From: Octopus vulgaris
Lineage: Eukaryota
Reading direction: 5' to 3'
Length of the DNA: 64,000 bases
Assembly: GCA_951406725.2 (NCBI GenBank)
Contig: OX597817.1
Coordinates: forward strand, 27,900,001-27,964,000
The notes below the pieces were generated by a model. That model did no database searches and had not been told where the DNA came from. It saw nothing but the letters and a program-made list of their open reading frames with translations. The position numbers and the translations under genes were made by a program. Positions 1 through 11,040 of this stretch are shown piece by piece. Position 1 is the first letter of the stretch. The number at the start of each line of letters is the position of its first letter.

Positions 1-120
1 CAAGATTAAATGGAAGCTCCTGGAACAACTCGGATCATACCTTAATGAGAGTAGACAATGTATATTATATTTGTCCAAGTGGGCAATACTTCAAAGGAAT
101 TTTCTTGATCCGGGAACTTT
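1..120 (+). mobile_element. Possible Tc1/mariner transposase C-terminal remnant
   Basis: gggcaatacttcaaagga reads GQYFKG, similar to the mariner C-terminal GxYFEG ending; the rest is heavily decayed. Confidence 0.25.
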
Positions 121-959
121 CTTAAATTCCAAAAGTGGGGTGTTTAGTTGTTGCCTTCATGAAAGAAAATTCTCGCTCGCTCACTAGTAAGCAGAAATCG
201 TACCTGAACTGATGCTTTTTTCGACACAACTGGAACCGCCCAAATGGAGATCCATCACCTTCTCGTCCAGAAGCGGCTTCGCTTGGAAGAATTTCGTTTC
301 AGTGTTTTCTCACAACTTTGGATGAAAATAATATATTTCTACCTTAACTATATATATATATATACATATGTGTGTGTGTGTGTGTGTGAGTGTATGTGTG
401 TGTGTATAAAGTATGTGGGCATATACATGAACATGCATATGCACCTATAGATACCTATAAATAGACGCATACCACACACAGACGCACACACATACACATG
501 AATGTGGACTGGAATATGTGATGGGTATGCGTGCGAGAGTGTAGTTACCTGTTAATAAAAACGAATATCAAATATTAATATTTCTATAATATTTTAATTG
601 GAATCTTGAAATCTTGAACAAACGATTAAGGTATTTTGAGCAAGTTATAAAATCTCTCCAAATCGCATATGGGTTGTGTACGTATGTGTTCGCGAGCGCG
701 CCTGCGTGCGTATCGATTTTTCTACGGAGAAATACATTACTATGGTAAATGCAAGACAGGAAAGTTAAATAACAAAAGAAAGCAAATAATGATAAAAACA
801 GAGATGAAACACTAAACTTTACTGCACCGACTTAATGCACATACGCCGTTAAAGAGAATCCAATTTACGTATATACCAGTACACACTTTTATACAAAGAC
901 AAATGAACATAGACATATGCGCGCTCATACACGTGAAGCGTGCACACTTGATTTAAAAA

Positions 960-1051
960 TAATATACATACATATATATATATATGAATATACACATATA
1001 TATAAATATGTATATGTACAGATACATATGTATATGTGTGCATATACATAT

Positions 1052-1093
<42 letters not shown>

Positions 1094-1151
1094 ATATGTA
1101 CATATACATATGTATATGTGTGTATATACACATACACGCACACACATATAT

Positions 1152-1208
<57 letters not shown>

Positions 1209-1344
1209 TCCATATGTATATATATATATACATACATACATACATCCATACATACATACATACATACATACATACATACATACATACATACATACATACA
1301 TACATACATCCATACATACATACATACATACATACATACATACA

Positions 1345-1375
<31 letters not shown>

Positions 1376-1380
1376 GCATA
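960..1380. repeat. Compound (TA)n/(TACA)n microsatellite
   Basis: Direct inspection; explains the MYVC/YIHT-type ORFs at 849-1447. Confidence 0.95.
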
Positions 1381-1863
1381 TGTGGGATTAAGTGTATCGT
1401 TTTGTAACAAACGGCAGCTACAACATGCGATTAGACTTCAGACGTGAGCACTACATAACACGTACGGAAGCACTTCCCAGAAAATAAAAAGTGAAATTAA
1501 ATAATAACAGCATATAATTAGCTGATATCTTTATTTAATCATTTCCATCTACTTATTCGCATTTATTTCCGAAAAACGTAATTAAATTCTACATATCATC
1601 TGAAAGTAGTTTCTTCTTTTCATTTTTGATTATTTGTAATTCATACCCAATGTTTGACAGGACGAATACTTTTGTGAAAAATCGATAATATTAATTAAAT
1701 AGATTAATCGCTAGTTTGAGCAAAAGAATTAACCGAATCGATATGGATTTGCTGACATAATTAATGAATTTAATTTTTTTTTTATTTTGTTATTCAACAG
1801 TGAACTATAATTATATATATATATATATATATATGCATGTATGTATGCATATATATGAATGTG

Positions 1864-1918
<55 letters not shown>

Positions 1919-2440
1919 GTAATACACACACAAACACACAAACCTTGCTTGCACACGCACACACATATATATGTATAATTTTCCTATACACTGTCTTGGT
2001 ATTGTGTCTGACTTAGTATCTCTCTCTCTCTCTCTCTTTTTCGTCCTCAGTCTCTTTGTCTTTCTCTCTCTCTCTCTCTCCCTCTTTATCTATCTGTCTA
2101 TCTGCCTATCTCACTATCTAGCATTCTTGCTATTTATCTATCCGACTATTCATCTGGCTAACCTGTGATTTCATATCTATCTTGACAAAACGTCATTCTG
2201 ATATGATTATATGTTAATACGCATTTCGATTCATCAATTGTTTTAATAATTTTTATCTTCTCTTTGGATACCTGAATATTTTTCACTATTTTCACACACA
2301 CACATATACATACGTGTATATCTATCTATATATAATATATATATATATGTGTGCGTGTGTGTGGCTGTAATATATATGTATGTATACATGTGCGTGTGGA
2401 TATATATATATATACCTACACGTATGTGTGTCTGTGTATG

Positions 2441-2472
<32 letters not shown>

Positions 2473-2657
2473 CAGGAGTGGAATAAAGTATGTATACTTT
2501 TCAAGCAATCAGTCACGGTCTCCAGAAATCAAAGACGGCATCACTCGCAGATCTCTCAGTCGACTTATGAATTGCTTCAGTTTGGAAAAGAAGTAAAGAA
2601 ATGAAACGAACATTTACCCATATCAAGCAACTGTATACATACTTTCCTCCAATCCAA
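2473..2657. mobile_element. Small Tc1/mariner-type MITE
   Basis: Imperfect terminal inverted repeats ggagtggaataaagtatgtatac ... gtatacatactttcctccaatcc, preceded by TA. Confidence 0.5.
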
Positions 2658-2774
2658 ATTCATATATATTCATATAATGAGTTCTATTTTTCCTGCTTGC
2701 ATCACGAAATCCACAGATATATACGCGCGCGCATGTGTGTGCGTGCGTGCATGTTTGTGCAATCGAATGGCCGT

Positions 2775-3185
2775 TGTATTCTGAGAATCATCAGAAGAAG
2801 AAACCGCGAAAGTATGCGGTTCTATGGAGGACATTTGTAATTAGCAGTCTGGATTTCTGCTCTCGACTGTGGTCACCGCAAAGTGTCAAATTAACAGGGG
2901 AACTTGAAGCAGTTCAGCTGTGCTACGCCAGGAAATTTGCATCTGTAGAACAGCTTGATTACTAGGAGTTACTCAAAGAGCTACCACTCCACTTCCTGAG
3001 GCAAAGACAGGAGAGATATGTAGTGATATACGTATGGAAGATTGTGAAAGTCTTGGTACCAAACTTTGGCATTGAGAGTTATACAAAACCCCGAACTGGA
3101 CATCACCGCAGTTTCAAAGGTTTCGAAGGTTCCGCCTAAAGTGAGGACCATGTACTGCTATAGCTTTGGATTCAAGGGCCTATTT
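2775..3185 (+). mobile_element. Decayed CR1/L2-group LINE ORF2 C-terminal fragment
   Basis: LWRTFVISSLDFCSRLWSPQSVKLTGELEAVQ...RQERYVVIYVWKIV...PNFGIESYT is a diverged copy of the protein encoded at 31991-32554. Confidence 0.8.
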
Positions 3186-3199
3186 AATTTAATACCATT

Positions 3200-3730
3200 T
3201 CAACACAAATCCAAGAACCCAAATGACCTATATCACGGCAAGAATGACAAAATAGCGCAGCAGTGTTTAAATCCCTCTTTCTCCAATGGTTAATCGCATA
3301 AGAATGGCCATTGAAAAGGTGATTAAACTGCCAATTTTGTGTCAAAACTGCTTTCAGCTGACAACGTAGCTGCCCGTCTAGCGGAGCTTGTGTAGCAGGT
3401 TTTGACTAGGCACAGCATTCGCCAGGTTTGACAGCGGCCGTATACCCTAGATCGCGCTCCTTGCGACTTTGTCCTCTTTCCAAAATCAAATCCTGCTTGG
3501 AAAGAAGAAGATTTCTGGACTTCGAGGAAAGCAAAGTGAAAGCCTCGTGCTAGCTGCTGATTATCCCAGAAAACGAGTTCCAGGAATGTTCCCATCGATT
3601 GAAACAGCACTCGCTTAAGTGTGTGACTTCCAAGGGGACTACTGTGAAGGAGATTAAATGCCAAATTGGTACGTGTTGAAATTTTCTTTTTATAACACCG
3701 GTCAGGACACTTATGTATCCTCTTATCGTA
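3200..3730 (+). mobile_element. Decayed mariner transposon, 3' part
   Basis: PYTLDRAPCDFVLFPK (mariner YSPDLAPxDF motif) near 3438-3485, GDYCEGD-like end, and a TIR-like terminus ending cgta resembling the TIR fragment at 21960. Confidence 0.8.
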
Positions 3731-3764
3731 TATATATCTACATAGATATCCGTAGACATATACC

Positions 3765-3802
<38 letters not shown>

Positions 3803-5683
3803 CATACATACATACATACACACACGCGCGCGCGCTATCACATACACACATATATGTATATATGTATCTTTGTAATGAATGACTTAGAAATGGAGAAAGA
3901 CATAGATCTTAGATATAAAAAATGAGCCATTTGGGGTTAGAAACATTGCGGAAAAATGTGAAGTTCTTCGAGCCGATTGGCCGACTTCTTCATTGAAAAC
4001 TAAAGTTGGAACTCGAACAATCCAGATAAAATAGTATTAAGAGATTGATGGCATTGTGCAAGTAGCGTCACAGAGAAACTCTACTGCTGGCCATGTTTGT
4101 TGTGTCAACCAAAAGCTAATTAGTCGTGGACAGATGGAGGCTATAATAATTATAAAAGAATCCTGAGTGACTGTAAGCATCACGGTAAATCAGTGAGTCA
4201 TTTAAGTAGTTATAACAGTTTGAAAACTTTCGAACTGTACAATATTGTGACAGCTATTACTGAATTTGCTAAACTGCAGAAAGAACGGTATTAAAAAAAA
4301 GCAGCTGAAGAAAATAGACAATGTTTAAAGCAGTTAACAATTGCAGTGCTATATCTGTGTAAAAAAGAGTTGCCTTTACGCAGACATGAAGAAGGAAGTC
4401 ACAGCCTTAATAGAGGAAGTTGCCGTGCACTATTGCTGTGCTTTGCTGAAATCGGCAGCGTGTTTCCTTCTAGAATTTTAACTAAAGTGGTGTCGAAACA
4501 GTTTTCAGGAGTCTCAAGTGCAACACAAAATACTCTAATACAAGCGATTGGAAATGATGAAATTAGAAGCGAAGTTGATAAAGCTCAGTTTATGTCTGTA
4601 CAATCCGACGAAACTACAGCCTGTGCAATGCATGGCCAACTGTCGATCATAATAAGATATGTATATGAAGACAAAGCATGTGATCGATTTCTTGGATTCT
4701 ATGAAGTGTTGATGATAAAAGTGCTACATGACTGGCTGATGTGATCGCAGCTGCGTTGAACGACAGTGGAGCTACAGTTAAATTAGTGAGCCAGAATTAC
4801 GACGGAGCAGTTGTAGTAGCACGAACGCTAAACGGAGTACAGAGTAACCTAAGAGAAAAAGGATTTATATGTGCGCACTTCATTCACTGCTATGCACTTA
4901 AATTTAACTTAGTCTTGAGTAAAAGTACCGAGAAGGTGAGTAGAGTAAAAATGTTGTGTTTTTTTTTTCTTGTCATTTACGCGCATTTACTAAATATATT
5001 ATCTACCAGTACCATGGAGAAAAACTTTTTCAAGCAGTTTAATATCAGTATTCCAATCACTGTACGAAAGAAGATGGTGGTATAGATCAAGAACTGTGTC
5101 ATCAATAAAACTATCGCATGAAAACTTGAAAAATGCCTTCTAGTATTCTAGGCTCTAGAGATGAAGATAAACTTTGTCAAACACAATCTATTGGCAAAGT
5201 TGAATGATTTCACATTTATGTTTTTTTTTTTATCAAATGCTTTCATAACATAATTTCTCAGGTTGGAAAAGTCTTTGATATCCTACAGAGTAAGTTACTC
5301 GCCATAAAGTATGGACAGAGAAAACTAAATGACTCCATTCATTGTGCTGAAGGTTGTCGTAAGGACGAATATTATAAAAAAAACATTCTGCGCGATACAA
5401 CAGCTGCCATTGAACAGGCAGATAAGTCCAATCTTCCTCCTAGAAATACTCAGTGGTGCACAAATTAATTACAAAACTACCTATTTTGAGATAATTGACA
5501 ACATTCTAATGACTTAACGACAGAGATTTTCTGGCAGTCAGGAGTATGCATTGTTTGAATTACTAGACAATAATAAGTTTGAAGAGTTTGTTAACTCGTT
5601 TCCCATGCAACATATAAACTCTCTAGAAAACAAGCAACCCTTTAGTTTTTAGTGTAAGTGCTTAGTGAACGAGCTAAAATATA

Positions 5684-6087
5684 TACTCTTTTACTCTTTT
5701 ACTCTTTTACTTGTTTCAGTCATTTGACTGCGGCTATGCTGGAGCACAGCCTTTAGTCGAGCAAATCGACCCTGGGACTTATTCTTTGTAAGCCCAGCAC
5801 TTATTCTATCGGTCTCTTTTGCCGAACCGCTAAGTTACGGAGACGTAAACACACCAGCATCGGTTGTCAAGCAATGCTAGGGGGACAAACACAGACACAC
5901 AAACATATACAAACACACATATATATATACATATATACGACAGGCTTCTTTCAGTTTCCGTCTACCAAATCCACTCACAAGGCATTGGTCGGCCGGGGCT
6001 ATAGCAGAAGACACTTGCCCAAGATGCCACGCAGTGGGACTGAACCCGGAACCATGTGGTTGGTTAGCAAGCTACTTACCACACAGC
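5684..6087 (-). mobile_element. tRNA-derived SINE, family A (octopus OR-like, CORE-type)
   Basis: Minus strand: A-box/B-box head (gtggtaag...ggttcagtccc), ttgggcaagtg core, internal CA/TA repeat, tail gctccagcatagccgcagtcaaatgactgaaacaag plus (TAAAAGAG)n; near-identical copy at 35590-35960. Confidence 0.85.
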
Positions 6088-6317
6088 AATATGTGACAAT
6101 TATTCGGTTGCCACAATAAAACTCCGAGTTATCGAGACAATCAGAAAATGCTGCTTTGGGATTGCCTCGATAACTGACGAGAGCAGTTATCCGTCCCGAC
6201 ATCCGAAACTCGGAGTCTTATTATGGCAACTGAATAATTGTCACATATTATATTACAGATAACTTCCTCTATTTACATAATATTGAGGTCTCATTCATTC
6301 TTCTGTTGTCTTAGCAT

Positions 6318-6320
<3 letters not shown>
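6088..6320 (+). mobile_element. Short PLE-like fold-back element with hammerhead motif
   Basis: ~43-bp inverted repeat (6088-6130 vs 6207-6249) bracketing an HHR core; 3' end runs into (TA)n. Confidence 0.6.
6169..6222 (+). ncRNA. Type I hammerhead ribozyme motif (weak stem II)
   Basis: GATAA-CTGACGA-[stem II]-GAAA-CTC g GAG-TC-TTATT; predicted GUC cleavage after 6217. Confidence 0.6.
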
Positions 6321-6378
<58 letters not shown>

Positions 6379-6638
6379 TAGCAATTAAGGACAACTACTT
6401 AATAAGGAAAACTTAACAAGAAATTGTCAGGTAGATAGCGTAAAAACCTCATAAGAGAAAAAATTTCGAAAATAATTATTTCTTATTGAACATAATAATT
6501 TATATATAGGGATTATACATACATGCCAGAGCATTATACATACATGCCAAACGCTAAGAGGGACAATTAGTCATTTCTACAAAAATATTACTAATCCCAC
6601 CGAATGCAATTTTTCAAAGTAAGACATTTAAAAAATAT

Positions 6639-6686
6639 AGACCTGTATCACAGTGATTTCATACTTACGTACTCATCAGCAGGCCT
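6639..6686 (-). ncRNA. Type I hammerhead ribozyme
   Basis: Reverse complement of the motif at 7317-7364. Confidence 0.85.
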
Positions 6687-7316
6687 GAATGCATTATAAA
6701 TAAACAACGACCCTGCCCGCTTAAGTCGATCAGCTAACTGTTCAACATCAACGAAGCACATGGGTGAGTTTACATATATTACATCCGGTCAAATGGCAAA
6801 CTTTTACGAATTGCATTTCGGGAGAGGAAAAGTTTTTTCGGAATAAAAATTTAGCAATTAAGGACAACTACTTAATAAGGAAAACTTAACAAGAAATTGT
6901 CAGGTAGATAGCGTAAAAACCTCATAAGAGAAAAAATTTCGAAAATAATTATTTCTTATTGAACATATTAATTTATATATAGAGGGCATTATACATACAT
7001 GCCAGAAGGCATTATACATACATATATATAAATTAATATGTTCAATAAGAAATAATTATTTTCGAAATTTTTTCTCTTATGAGGTTTTTATATCTACCTG
7101 ACAATTTACTTGTTAAGTTTTCCTTATTAAGTAGTTGTCCTTAATTGCTAAATTTTATTCCGAAAAAAACTTTTCCTCTCCCGAAATGCAATTCGTAAAA
7201 GTTTGCCATTTGACCGGATGTAATATATGTAAACTCACTCATGTGCTTCGTTGATGTTGAACAGTTAGCTGATCGACTTAAGCGGGGCAGGGTCGTTGTT
7301 TATTTATAATGCATTC

Positions 7317-7364
7317 AGGCCTGCTGATGAGTACGTAAGTATGAAATCACTGTGATACAGGTCT
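7317..7364 (+). ncRNA. Type I hammerhead ribozyme
   Basis: AGGCCTG-CTGATGA-GTAC gtaa GTAT-GAAA-TCAC t GTGA-TA-CAGGTCT: 7-bp stem I, intact core, 4-bp stem II, palindromic stem III, AUA cleavage after 7357. Confidence 0.88.
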
Positions 7365-7796
7365 ATATTTTTTAAATGTCTTACTTTGAAAAATTGCATT
7401 CGGTGGGATTAGTAATATTTTTGGTAGAAATGACTAATTGTCCCTCTTAGCGTTTGGCATGTATGTATAATGCCTTCTGGCATGTATGTATAATGCCCTC
7501 TATATATAAATTAATATGTTCAATAAGAAATAATTATTTTCGAAATTTTTCTCTTATGAGGTTTTTACGCTATCTACCTGACAATTTCTTGTTAAGTTTT
7601 CCTTATTAAGTAGTTGTCCTTAATTGCTAAATTTTTATTCCGAAAAAAACTTTTCCTCTCCCGAAATGCAATTCGTAAAAGTTTGCCATTTGACCGGATG
7701 TAATATATGTAAACTCACCCATGTGCTTCGTTGATGTTGAACAGTTAGCTGATCGACTTAAGCGGGGCAGGGTCGTTGTTTATTTATAATGCATTC

Positions 7797-7844
7797 AGGC
7801 CTGCTGATGAGTACGTAAGTATGAAATCACTGTGATACAGGTCT
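7797..7844 (+). ncRNA. Type I hammerhead ribozyme (second tandem copy)
   Basis: Identical to 7317-7364, 480 bp downstream. Confidence 0.88.
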
Positions 7845-7980
7845 ATATTTTTTAAATGTCTTACTTTGAAAAATTGCATTCGGTGGGATTAGTAATATTT
7901 TTGGTAGAAATGACTAATTGTCCCTCTTAGCGTTTGGCATGTATGTATAATGCCTTCTGGCATGTATGTATAATGCCCTC

Positions 7981-8012
<32 letters not shown>

Positions 8013-9234
8013 GATATACATATATATATATATTGACACTGGTTTCAAAAGGTAGAAGTCAATCAACTCCATTTTAGAATTACTGTATAAATAAGAGTTG
8101 GCTTCCGCTATGCCGGAATCCATTAAACTAATTGAGCTAGTGCTGGCCATCCCCTTAACATCAGTCACTAATGAGAGAAGTTTCTCAACGTTGGATAGAA
8201 TCCGCTCATACCTGAGAAGCACAATGGCCCAAGAATGGCTGTCTTCACTCGCTCATTTTTCCAGTGAGATAAAACATCTTGAACGACTTAGACAACAAGA
8301 AGGAGCTGCATGGCAAGATATTACATGAATTCACCATGAAACCAAGACGACTGGAGTTTCAGTATAAATGAAGTAATTTTTATATTAAAACTATATTTCT
8401 TTCGCATTCTTTCGTTAGAAGCGGCAAACTTGCTTGCTGTTGAAATATCAGTGCACAAATAAGCCTACGATGTGCACATTATAAGCCTTACCTTCTTTTA
8501 CATGTGTCTTACGCGAAATCTGTAATGAGCCCGAGTGACGCTGATGACCTGGTGTTGACTCTGATATGGGTTATGCTTATACGTTTGTTTGTGTGCGCGT
8601 GTGTGTATATATAAATATATATATATATGTATGTAGTTGTGTACGTGTATGTATATGTATGTGCAGATATAAATATATGGATATGTGTATCTATATGTCT
8701 ATATTTAAGTGTGGATGTATGTATGCATGTATATGTGTATATATAGGTGTAGGGAGGTGTGATTCGCCATTGGCGATATAGATGTGGAGCGATCAGACTG
8801 TATGCAAGCTGCCTTAGTCTTGAGGTCTCCGATGACAGATTTCTGGCGAGGTTGTCATCCGACCATAAATTATACGAACTACGGATGAAATTGACCATAT
8901 GGGCGGGTGGGCTAACGTCCCTTGTGTGAGCGTATGCACGGCCGGGTATGTGTGTGAATGTGTGTAGACGCATCCCGATTTAAACTACTTAGCCAAACAA
9001 CCTTTCACCCGCCAGACATTTTAGCCAGCATATATATCTTTCCCTTCCTTTTTCTAGTACCATTCATTGTCTTAAGCCTAATTTAACTTAATCTCTCCCT
9101 GTCCATTCGTTCAATTCCCCTACATTTTTTTTAATCAACAGTTATTTGTCTATATTTACAAATTTTTGCAATTCTTATTATGGAAAGATAATTATAATTG
9201 AAACTTGTTGCAACGTTTCATTCCCTAACCAGAC

Positions 9235-9590
9235 GGGCATATAACAACACGACAGCCTAAACTCAAGATCTTTAGCGAAACACAACTTCATATGTCGATG
9301 TATCTGATGAAACCCAGACTGCAAAATTACCCAGACTTCAACACATGTTGAACGGAGTCCCATCCATAAGGGACAGTAGCAGGATGGGTCAAAACAACTG
9401 TTGTACAAAATAAAGATAAATACCAACTCCATCTTGTTGCTCAAGAAATTCTTATTTCAACTAACACTACGGAGTTCCTGATGTAGATTCAACGGAAATA
9501 TACTCCGACTGCGGATGACACCAGGTAGCCCAAACGCTGCCAGTTCTCTGTTCAACACTTCAACACACTAATTGACATATACCTGCAAAA
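9235..9590 (+). mobile_element. Possible heavily decayed Penelope-like GIY-YIG region
   Basis: Frameshifted pieces ITTRQPKL and VDST/GNILRLRMT resemble PLE xRQPxNL and YVGxTxxxLRxRM motifs; ends at (TA)n. Confidence 0.35.
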
Positions 9591-9593
9591 TAT

Positions 9594-9677
<84 letters not shown>

Positions 9678-9679
<2 letters not shown>

Positions 9680-10323
9680 AGAGGAAGTGAAAAGTTATTC
9701 GCACTTTCACCATAACATATCTTTATTATTGCCACACTGCCTTTTGCGCATGCGTGCTTATAGTTGGTACTATTGTGGTTAAGTGATCGTAGTTTGAGCC
9801 TGATCGCTTCATTTTTCTTTCTAGCTTTACATTGTAAGCATGGCCGCTTCGCTAGCAATGTGCACCAAAGAAGAACAAAGAGCAGTGATCCGAGAGATGG
9901 TAATGGTGAACCGATTCATGATTACCATCTCTCGAGCTTGCTGAATCTTCTCGTCGGTAGTTGCGGTTAATGGGCGTCCTGATCCTTCTGCACGCGTTAT
10001 GTTTCTCCGGTCACTTTTAAACTTTTCGTTCCACTCATACACACTTCTACGCTACCATGCACTGTCCCCATATTGAGCTAAAAACCTGACAAATCTTCCA
10101 ACAAAAGAAATCGGATCACTGCTCTTTGTTCTTTGGTGCACATTGCAGGTGGAGCGGAAATGCTTACACTGTAGAGCCAGAAAGAAAAATGGCGCGACTA
10201 AGCTCAAACTGCGATCTCGTGACCGCAATAGTACTAACTATAAGCATGCATACGCAGAAGGCTGTGTGACAAGAATAAATATATGTCATGGCGAAAGTGC
10301 GGATGACTTTTGACTTCTCCTCG
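9678..10323. mobile_element. Non-autonomous mariner derivative with ~215-bp inverted arms (two left ends)
   Basis: Arms 9678-9893 and 10111-10323 are diverged inverted copies, both encoding CTKE(E)QRAVIR; the minus-strand centre encodes mariner HTH YEWNEKFKSDRRNITRAEGSGRP. Confidence 0.8.
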
Positions 10324-10549
10324 TAGATATACCTTTCCTTGCCTCGTATGCAAGCTTCCCAGTGTATCAGTTCTCATGCTCATATAGAGATATATCGTAT
10401 ATTTATATTTAGAATAACCTAGGAAAATTATTATTCATAGCTTTATATAACGCTATTACAAGTAACCACAAATAACCATGATTTATTCAAATTAACCCAC
10501 TAATCACTTAATTTACTCGTTGTACTTAGGAGCATTGTGTTACTGCTAA

Positions 10550-11040
10550 GTGCTGTTTTAGGTTCAAGTTAGCCTCGATCGAGTCGATCGATGATGAAAG
10601 GTGTTATATCTATGACTAATTAGACTTAGTACATGTCGATAAATCCATTCTTCGATTATTAAATGTCTCCAAAGACAATATAATGTGATTTGAGGAAAAC
10701 ATGCCTACTATCCTAACAAAAGAAAGTACCTACGTAGCGGCTCCCTCAGTATTTTGTTGTCTTGCATTTCTGAGTTCAGCCCTTCTGAATGGACTATTAA
10801 TGTTGACTGGCATCCACTCGAGAACGAGATTTGTCTTTCCTTTGCTTGAGTTTTATCAACCAGCTTTCAAACCTTCATGTGGTCAGCAGATCTGCTACAA
10901 ATAGCAGTCAAACCTCTCTTAAATCACACCCTACAGTTATGGGAAATGGAAAAACACATCAGATAATGAAATTATAGATACAAACCGAAGATTTTTTTAT
11001 CATAGATTACCTCGATTTGCCCTGAACGAATGATAAGGTA
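10550..11040. mobile_element. Old fold-back/MITE-like repeat
   Basis: Degenerate inverted arms gtgatttgaggaaaacatgcctactat vs atagcagtcaaacctctcttaaatcac; related sequence near 34945-35090. Confidence 0.35.

Larger units (their letters stand above)
6379..7990. repeat. ~480-bp tandem/inverted array of an HHR-containing element (PLE pLTR- or retrozyme-like)
   Basis: ~1.35 units (6379-7022) followed by 2 inverted units (7023-7990), near-identical, flanked by (TA)n on both sides. Confidence 0.9.
3920..8370 (+). mobile_element. Decayed hAT-superfamily transposase (DUF4371/ZMYM1-like plus hATC dimerization domain), interrupted by nested insertions at 5684-8030
   Basis: ORFs 4346-4744 (LPLRRHEE, SDETT...QLSIIIRYV), 4741-5085 (QNYDGA, FIHCYA..NLVL) and 8098-8328 (IPLTSVTNERSFSTLDRIRSYLRSTMAQ); reading LVNELKYI at ~5662-5685 resumes as IDTGFK at ~8032. 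Confidence 0.85.

Noticed and set aside
849-2604. Long YI/MYVC/HTYI ORFs here and throughout the window
   Set aside because: Translations of stop-free microsatellites
4346-5085. Functional ZMYM1-like host gene
   Set aside because: Multiple stops, frameshifts and nested insertions indicate a dead hAT transposase
8545-8575. ctgatgacc as a ribozyme core
   Set aside because: No downstream GAAA or closing stems
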